Source of the DNA: Octopus vulgaris
Taxonomy: Eukaryota
Direction of reading: 5' to 3'
DNA length: 64,000 bases
Assembly (NCBI GenBank): GCA_951406725.2
Contig: OX597822.1
Location: 22,568,001-22,632,000 of the forward strand
Part shown: in pieces, positions 57,170 through 64,000 of the stretch
Layout of the letters: each line of letters begins with the position of its first letter
How positions within the stretch are numbered: the stretch's first letter is position 1
Made by a program: the position numbers and the translations under genes
Notes under the pieces: generated by a model
The model's database searches: none
What the model was told of the DNA's origin: nothing
What the model saw: the letters and a program-made list of their open reading frames with translations, nothing else

Positions 57170-57600
57170 AAAAGGCAGTGCCCCAGAGAATGGCGAGGGA
57201 GTTGTGCTGGAACAGCTGCTCTGACTCATGGAGCTCACACTTGCAGACAATCATCTTTACCCTGATAGTGAGGTCTCCACTGCCCCAGGCTCAACCATAA
57301 ATCTGTCAGTGACAGATGCCTTGACAGTTTGCTTTTCTCAGCCTGATGGGCAGCAGAGCTTGGGCTGGTAGATGACCATAACAAATTGCCACGGGAGAAG
57401 GTGTCACAGCATGTGGCATCCTAGATGAGGGGTCTACCACCACAGAACAAGAAAACTGTTATACTGTCAAGGCCTTTTACCATCCCCTCAGTCCAGCACT
57501 GTTGGCTGAGCTGGGAAGGGAATCCTGTGGTGTCTAGGCCATGCTTTATAATTTTGCTAAGGGCAGCATGGCATGGAAGACAGCCAGGGCTGTGTGAATG
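57170..57600 (-). mobile_element. CRE-like RLE retrotransposon endonuclease relic
   Basis: Broken minus-strand frames: HAALSKIIKHGLDTTGFPS, GDGKRP, DATCCDTFS, AAHQAEKK, EPGAVET, LFQHNSLAILWG, matching the CRE-type RLE pattern (DGKRPDG..WDAT..ET..QRxSxAIQRGNA). Confidence 0.65.
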
Positions 57601-57655
57601 TAAAGACAGAGGGGAGAGAGATATTCAATTAAACCACTATTCTTTATTCTTTATT

Positions 57656-57923
57656 TAAACGTGTGTGCATCTATATGTCCGTGTGTATGCACGTGTAGTG
57701 TGTGTGTATGGTCATGTTTTTCTGTCTCCTTGTGTATGTGTTTATGTGTGCTTTTGTATGTGTGTATGTGCATGTTTGCCCGTATACCTATTCATCTACC
57801 TACATACATATCTATCTACCTACTCACTTACCTACTTATCTACCTACCTATTTGCTTCCCTATCTTCTCACTTATCTACCTACCTACATAATTAATGTAG
57901 TAACCAACAATCTAAATAATTAA
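57656..57923 (+). repeat. 268-bp near-identical direct duplication of 58544-58811
   Basis: Identical ORF translations offset by 888 bp. Confidence 0.95.
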
Positions 57924-59681
57924 GGTATTGTATCAGAAGGCAATAGAAGTACAGAACTTGAGGGAGAATCATCCACTACTTTTTAAGATGTCTGGTTACC
58001 ACTTGTTGGCTCATACTTATATATTTATATGATGTGCATGCATATTTTTATGTGCATATGTATGTATGTATACATATCTGAGAGATACGTGCACATGTGA
58101 ATGAAAGAGTATTTGTATACACACACACACATCTTTTATCTTTTACTAGTTTCAGTCATTAGACTCATACTGGGTCTTGTAGGTTTTAATCAAACAAATC
58201 AATTCAGTACTTTTTTTTTTCAAGTCCAGTACTTATTCTCTCAGCCTCTTTTACCAACTCACTAAGTTACAGGGATGTAAACAAACCAACACCAGCTTTC
58301 AAGCAATGGAGGGGAACAAACACAAAAATATGCACACACATACATATACAACAGGCTTCTTTCAGTTTCATACATATGCAAGTACGTGTACTTGCATATG
58401 TATGTATGTATTCTTCTGCATATTTAAATATCTGTGTGTGCTTGTATGTTTCTGTAAGCATGCATGTGTGTACCTCTGCTACCTTGTGCATGCATGTTTG
58501 TGTGTATGCATATGTTTGTGTATAGGAACATGCACCAGTTGTGTAAACGTGTGTGCATCTATATGTCCGTGTGTATGCACGTGTAGTGTGTGTGTATGGT
58601 CATGTTTTTCTGTCTCCTTGTGTATGTGTTTATGTGTGCTTTTGTATGTGTGTATGTGCATGTTTGCCCGTATACCTATTCATCTACCTACATACATATC
58701 TATCTACCTACTCACTTACCTACTTATCTACCTACCTATTTGCTTCCCTATCTTCTCACTTATCTACCTACCTACATAATTAATGTAGTAACCAACAATC
58801 TAAATAATTAACCTAACCACCTAAAACCTATCTATTTACCTATTTACTTGACTGTCTACTTACGCATGTGCCTATGTATATATGCTATAGCATTGGGGTA
58901 TCCTTACCTATGTATATATGTATCTGTGGCATCGGAATATCCCTACCTGCTACATATATTTAGCATAGGTAATGTTTCATTTATAAGGATGTATGCTTGT
59001 ATTTATCTAAGTGATAGGTCTTTTGTTGTGTAATTACTTCAAAGGCAACCTGGGAACCTTTTTAAACTTCAGGAAAGAGGTATTTAGTTAACACACTCAC
59101 CTAAAACGTTTCCTACTACAAACTTGAAACTTCCCATTTGTTGAATCGGCACGCTGCACACCTTCAAATATCACCATGGCTGGAGCCAATTTAAGGGGAA
59201 TAATTCCACCTGTAGCATGGACAAATATTTTTTTGACTACAAAACTGACTGACCATGATGTATTTCTTCTTCCAGTAATAGAGAGGTTATGCACCTTTGG
59301 CCATTTGAGTTTGGCAAGTTGCTTATACTACTAAGTGCATTATAGGTGAGAAACCATTGGTAACTATATGACCGGCCAAAACATTTAATATCTTAAAACA
59401 TACATATATGTATTCACACAACTGTATGTATACATATATATGCAAGTCCCCATGTGTATATTTGTCTAAGTATGCATATCTGAGTGTATGTATGTGCCTG
59501 TGTATGCATGTGTATGATTATAAGTGTATGTAAATGCTCATATACACATTATTTAGTTGAAAAGTTGCATAAATTAATTTATGTGCTGAAAGTCTTCTCT
59601 CTATATTGGAAAAAATAGTTTTTCGAGAAAGTTCTATCTAATTATTATTAGAAGGTTGCATGTTATACTTTTCAAAATCTG

Positions 59682-59768
59682 TTGAGGCAATGTTGAGTGT
59701 TGGTCTATCCCAGGTAACATTCCCAGAGCTGGTACTCATTACTGAGAGCAAGGGCCTTTGAGACGATG
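59682..59768 (-). repeat. Orphan inverted copy of the 76-bp unit
   Basis: Reverse complement of catcgtctcaaa..ccttgctctcagtaatgagtaccagctctgggaatgttacctgggatagaccaacactcaacattgcctca. Confidence 0.9.
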
Positions 59769-60308
59769 AAAGAGTGAATGAAAAAAATTAACATATAACA
59801 AAATAAATCAGGTTAAATATGCATAAAAATATGCACACTCACACACACACACACACACATGCTGTTACATACAGAAAATATTTCAAAATATAGTTACAAA
59901 ATATACATACATTCACACACAAACATATACATGCACACATAATTTCATGCATATATGTATTTACAAACAAGTGCACACAATGCATATATTGTACACGTAC
60001 ATATATACATGATGATTGCGTCATCCTATCAACACACATATATACACATATATATACATAAACAAACATTTTGAAGGGTTTTCTAGTGAGAGACCAGTAT
60101 TGTGCATTGTCTCCGTTTGCATAGCTGTGAAGCAGAGTTATCAGACGATCTGGAAATGTTATCTATGATAGAACTACGCTCTACATTGTCTAAGTTCACC
60201 TTGTTGTCAGTAAAAGGTATTAGGTTATCATGGAATGTCACTTGTGATAGACCAACATTCTATATTGTCACAGTTCACCTCACTGCCAGTAGTAGATATC
60301 AGATCATT

Positions 60309-61172
60309 TGGGAATGTTACCTGGGATAGACCAACACTCAACATTGTCTCAAATGCCCTTGCTCTCAGTAATGAGTACCAGCTCTGGGAATGTTACCTGG
60401 GATAGACCAACACTCAACATTGCCTCAAATGCCCTTGCTCTCAGTAATGAGTACCAGTTCTGGGAATGTTACCTGGGATAAACCAACACTGAGCATTGTC
60501 TCAAATGCCCTTGCTCTCAGTAATGAATACCAGCTCTGGGAATGTTACCTGGGATAGACCAACACTCAACATTGCCTCAAATGCCCTTGCTCTCAGTAAT
60601 GAATACCAGCTCTGGGAATGTTACCTTGGATAGACCAACATCAACATTGTCTCAAATGCCCTTGCTCTCAGTAATGAGTACCAGCTCTGGGAATGTTACC
60701 TGGGATAGACCAACACTCAACATTGCCTCAAATGCCCTTGCTCTCAGTAATGAGTACCAGCTCTGGGAATGTTACCTGGGATAGACCAACATCAACATTG
60801 TCTCAAATGCCCTTGCTTTCAGTAATGAATACCAGCTCTGGGAATGTTACCTGGGATAGACCAACACTCAACATTGTCTCAAATGCCCTTGCTCTCAGTA
60901 ATGAGTACCAGCTCGGGGAATGTTACCTGTGATATACCAACACTCAACATCGTCTCAAATGCCCTTGCTCTCAGTAATGAGTACCAGCTCTGGGAATGTT
61001 ACCTGGGATAGACCAACACTCAACATCGTCTCAAATGCCCTTGCTCTCAGTAATGAGTACCAGCTCGGGGAATGTTACCTGTGATATACCAACACTCAAC
61101 ATCGTCTCAAATGCCCTTGCTCTCAGTAATGAGTACCAGCTCTGGGAATGTTACCTGTGATATACCAACACT
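60309..61172. repeat. 76-bp minisatellite, 11 full units plus a partial
   Basis: Unit starts 60309, 60385, 60461, 60537, 60613, 60688, 60764, 60839, 60915, 60991, 61067, 61143. Confidence 0.97.
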
Positions 61173-62952
61173 TAGTATTGTCACTGTTTATCTAATCAGC
61201 AGTTAGTAACAAGCCAACTAGGAATATTATGTGATCAACTGACATCAGATCCCAAGAGAGATTTATCTCTAAGCTATTTCACTCCATAAAACTGGTGCTA
61301 AGCACCATTTCTTAACAGTTCTTAGAAGTTCAATATACATTTATGCCTCACATATGAAATGATAGATTCACAATGTTATCAGCTCATTTTGCTTCTCAAA
61401 AACGATTTTCCTGCCAATATTCCCAGAAATCTCTTGAATTGTATTGTAACAATGTTTTTGATTCCTCTGCAAATTATCTTTTCTACCTGTAGGAATTCAT
61501 TATAATAACAAGGGATTACTTATCTATGGCTTCTTCGATTCACTCTCGACAGCAGCAGCAGCAGCTCCCTTTCAAACTGCTGTCAATGTTGATATATATC
61601 TTTGAAATAATGAGTAATCATTTCAGACGATTATATAACACACACACGTACATATATAAACACAACATGTACACACATACATATATATATATCAACACAC
61701 ACACATACACACACTCCTAATTATATATGTGTGTGTGTGTGTGCATACCTATACATACATATATACATATGTATACACACACAAAGTAATTGTGCATGCA
61801 GAAACACACTCACAGACACTCAACTGGTCCCTCATTTGCACACACCACCATTCCTATCTTCATCCTTATTAATTCACATCCACACAATGCACAGTTGTAT
61901 AAGTAAGAATATAGGACAAAATATTTAGTCACAATTGCTGCAGCTTTCTTTGGTGAAATGCCACTGAGATCAACTTTATCTTCCATCCTTTCAGGTTTGA
62001 TTAAAATACTGGGGTACTGAGACATCTTATGATATTTGTTCCAGTTGCACTCACTCAGAGTTCTTGGGTAGTGAAGTTAATTTGTCACCAGATTTAAGAT
62101 AACCATCAAATGGTCCTTTAGAAAAATCTACTCTATGAGGTGGTGCTGTAAAGTTTCTGGCTTAAGGGTATCGCAAAAGACCTGGTTGGCAGTTCCCCCT
62201 TCTGAGTTCTTTTACAGTGCATAGAAAACTGAGAGACCATTGCAATAGGTGTGTGAATCTGAGAGGGGGAATATGTTGAATAAAATCAAAACTGATCCTC
62301 CTGTATTTTCTTTTATCCAAAGCCAGGAATTTTTCAGCACCTCCTCATATAGGAAGCAATCAGACCAGGCCTCTGATTTAAGAAAAGCTCCTGCCCTTCC
62401 ATTCACCAATCTCAGAGGACTTGAAATCCATAAGAGGCTGTGTGCATGGCCCTTCTCTTTCTGACTAACCAGTGAAAAAAAAAATCCACATGGATTCATA
62501 TACACATATTTTCAAACATATATCCTATAAACATAAATGAAGATGCAGGCATGAGTGTGAGGTAAGAAGCTTACTTCTCAACCCCATGGTTCTGGGTTCA
62601 GTCCCACTGTGTGACATCATGGGCAAGTGTCATCTACTATAGCCTCTGGTCAACCAAAGCCTCATGAGTGCATGCAACAAAGTCTCAGGCAGACAGACAC
62701 AGCCTCCATAATGGACTAAGAAGGTCATTGAAAAGGTTGCAAGTAGTAACAATTTAGCAAACAAAAACAAATGACTTACTGTTCAACCAATTAAACAATC
62801 AGTTAGTTAGTTGGATATTTAACCAATTGATTTATGATAAAGGAGTGAAATTCAACCAGTGTATTGTGTTGATAATATTGGCATAATGGCATAATGTTTC
62901 AACACATGAATTCATATAAAGAATCTTGCAAACCAGGTACAGAAACAAAGAG

Positions 62953-62993
<41 letters not shown>

Positions 62994-62997
<4 letters not shown>

Positions 62998-63203
62998 CGG
63001 AGATGTACTCGCATAGCAAGTAATTTGATCTGAGATCGTGTGCTGAAACGAAAACAATTGCAGCGTGGAAGGTGTTTGTAAACAATTTAAGAAACACACA
63101 AAAGCCGTTCGATTCACTTCAACATTTAAGTTTAATTTGTCAAAATATTTTCATCGCTAAAATCCGCGACCTGTTCACTGACAAAAATCCGTACTGCATC
63201 TTG

Positions 63204-63205
<2 letters not shown>
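62994..63205 (-). mobile_element. Penelope/retrozyme-like fragment in (TA)n carrying a minimal hammerhead
   Basis: (TA)n on both sides; hammerhead fold at 63136-63185. Confidence 0.65.
63136..63185 (-). ncRNA. Minimal type I hammerhead ribozyme, G3-C8 covariant core
   Basis: UUUGUCA-GUGAACA-g-GUCGC ggauuuua GCGAU-GAAA-AUAU-UU-UGACAAA: 7-bp stem I, 5-bp stem II, palindromic AAUAUU stem III. Confidence 0.65.
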
Positions 63206-63265
<60 letters not shown>

Positions 63266-63401
63266 GAAAAATACAAACTGGGACAAGAACGTAAAACATT
63301 TAGAAGACGATACAAAAAACACGGACGGGACATTCGAAGCCTTCAATCTTCAGTCAAGAACCGGATCATCCTAGCAATTTCGGCTATATATATATATATA
63401 T

Positions 63402-63700
63402 ATATATATTTTCATTTAGAGATAGTAGGCCCCTTCATCCCACCATATAAAAGAATGATGATTGGGGTTATATTTTAAGACTGATTCCAGCAAAACACGG
63501 TGTTGTTAAGGAACCGGGAAATGAACCCCAAGAAACACGTGTAGCCAAGTTATAAAGTAGTAAGTATTTAAATTTAAATTATTTTATATGATGGGATGAA
63601 GGGGCCTACTATCTCTAAATGAAAATATATATTTCCTCATTGAGAATAATTTGAACCCCTGTTATGCTGGAAGTTTTATTCCCTAACAAATAAAATTATA
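63402..63700 (+). mobile_element. Penelope-like pLTR fragment with inverted 5' arm and truncated hammerhead
   Basis: 63402-63452 is the reverse complement of 63582-63632; (A)UGAUGA-UUGGGGUU...AACCCCAA-GAAA-CACGUG-UA at 63455-63543. Confidence 0.65.
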
Positions 63701-63919
63701 TATATATATATATATATCCTTTCTGCTATAGGTAAAAGGCCTAAAATTTTGTAGTTGATTGCATCAACCCAGTTTGCAAATGGTACTTCTTTCATCCACT
63801 GAAAAGAGTGAAAGGCAAGGTTAACCTTGGCAGAATATAAACTCAAAATATAAAGATGGACAAAATGTTTAGGAACATTTTTTCTGGTGTCCTAACGATT
63901 CTGCCAGCTCACCTCCTTA

Positions 63920-63979
<60 letters not shown>

Positions 63980-64000
63980 GAATGTATCTTCGATGCTCTT

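Noticed and set aside
60309-61172. CRISPR-like array
   Set aside because: Units are contiguous and near-identical, with no unique spacers and no cas genes; eukaryotic context.
63260-63385. Hammerhead at CTGAAGA on the minus strand (~63347-63353)
   Set aside because: Followed by GAAT rather than GAAA and no stem I partner visible; may still be a Penelope-type fragment.

Overview
AT-rich, repeat-saturated eukaryotic DNA with no intact protein-coding gene. The SINE, RTE and mariner repertoire and the huge (TA/TACA)n and (CA)n tracts look like a coleoid cephalopod, probably Octopus, intron or intergenic region (species is an inference). Almost all ORFs in the track are microsatellite or repeat artefacts. 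Recognisable content: a 5'-truncated CR1-clade LINE, several RTE LINE pieces, two L1/Tx1-type fragments, HERO-like and CRE-like restriction-like-endonuclease retroposon relics, decayed mariner transposases, mariner/hAT/piggyBac-type MITEs, about four tRNA-derived SINE families, a 76-bp tandem array and several inverted or direct duplications. The most interesting signal is a set of unrelated short, ORF-less elements sitting in (TA)n tracts with Penelope pLTR / retrozyme architecture (tandem plus inverted copies). They carry type I hammerhead ribozyme folds: two complete ones with non-canonical cores (CCGAUGA = U4C at 39527-39572; GUGAACA = compensatory G3-C8 at 63136-63185) and two cut by the inversion junction at the catalytic core (about 7.7 kb and 63.5 kb). 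All calls were made by eye and coordinates of decayed repeats are approximate.
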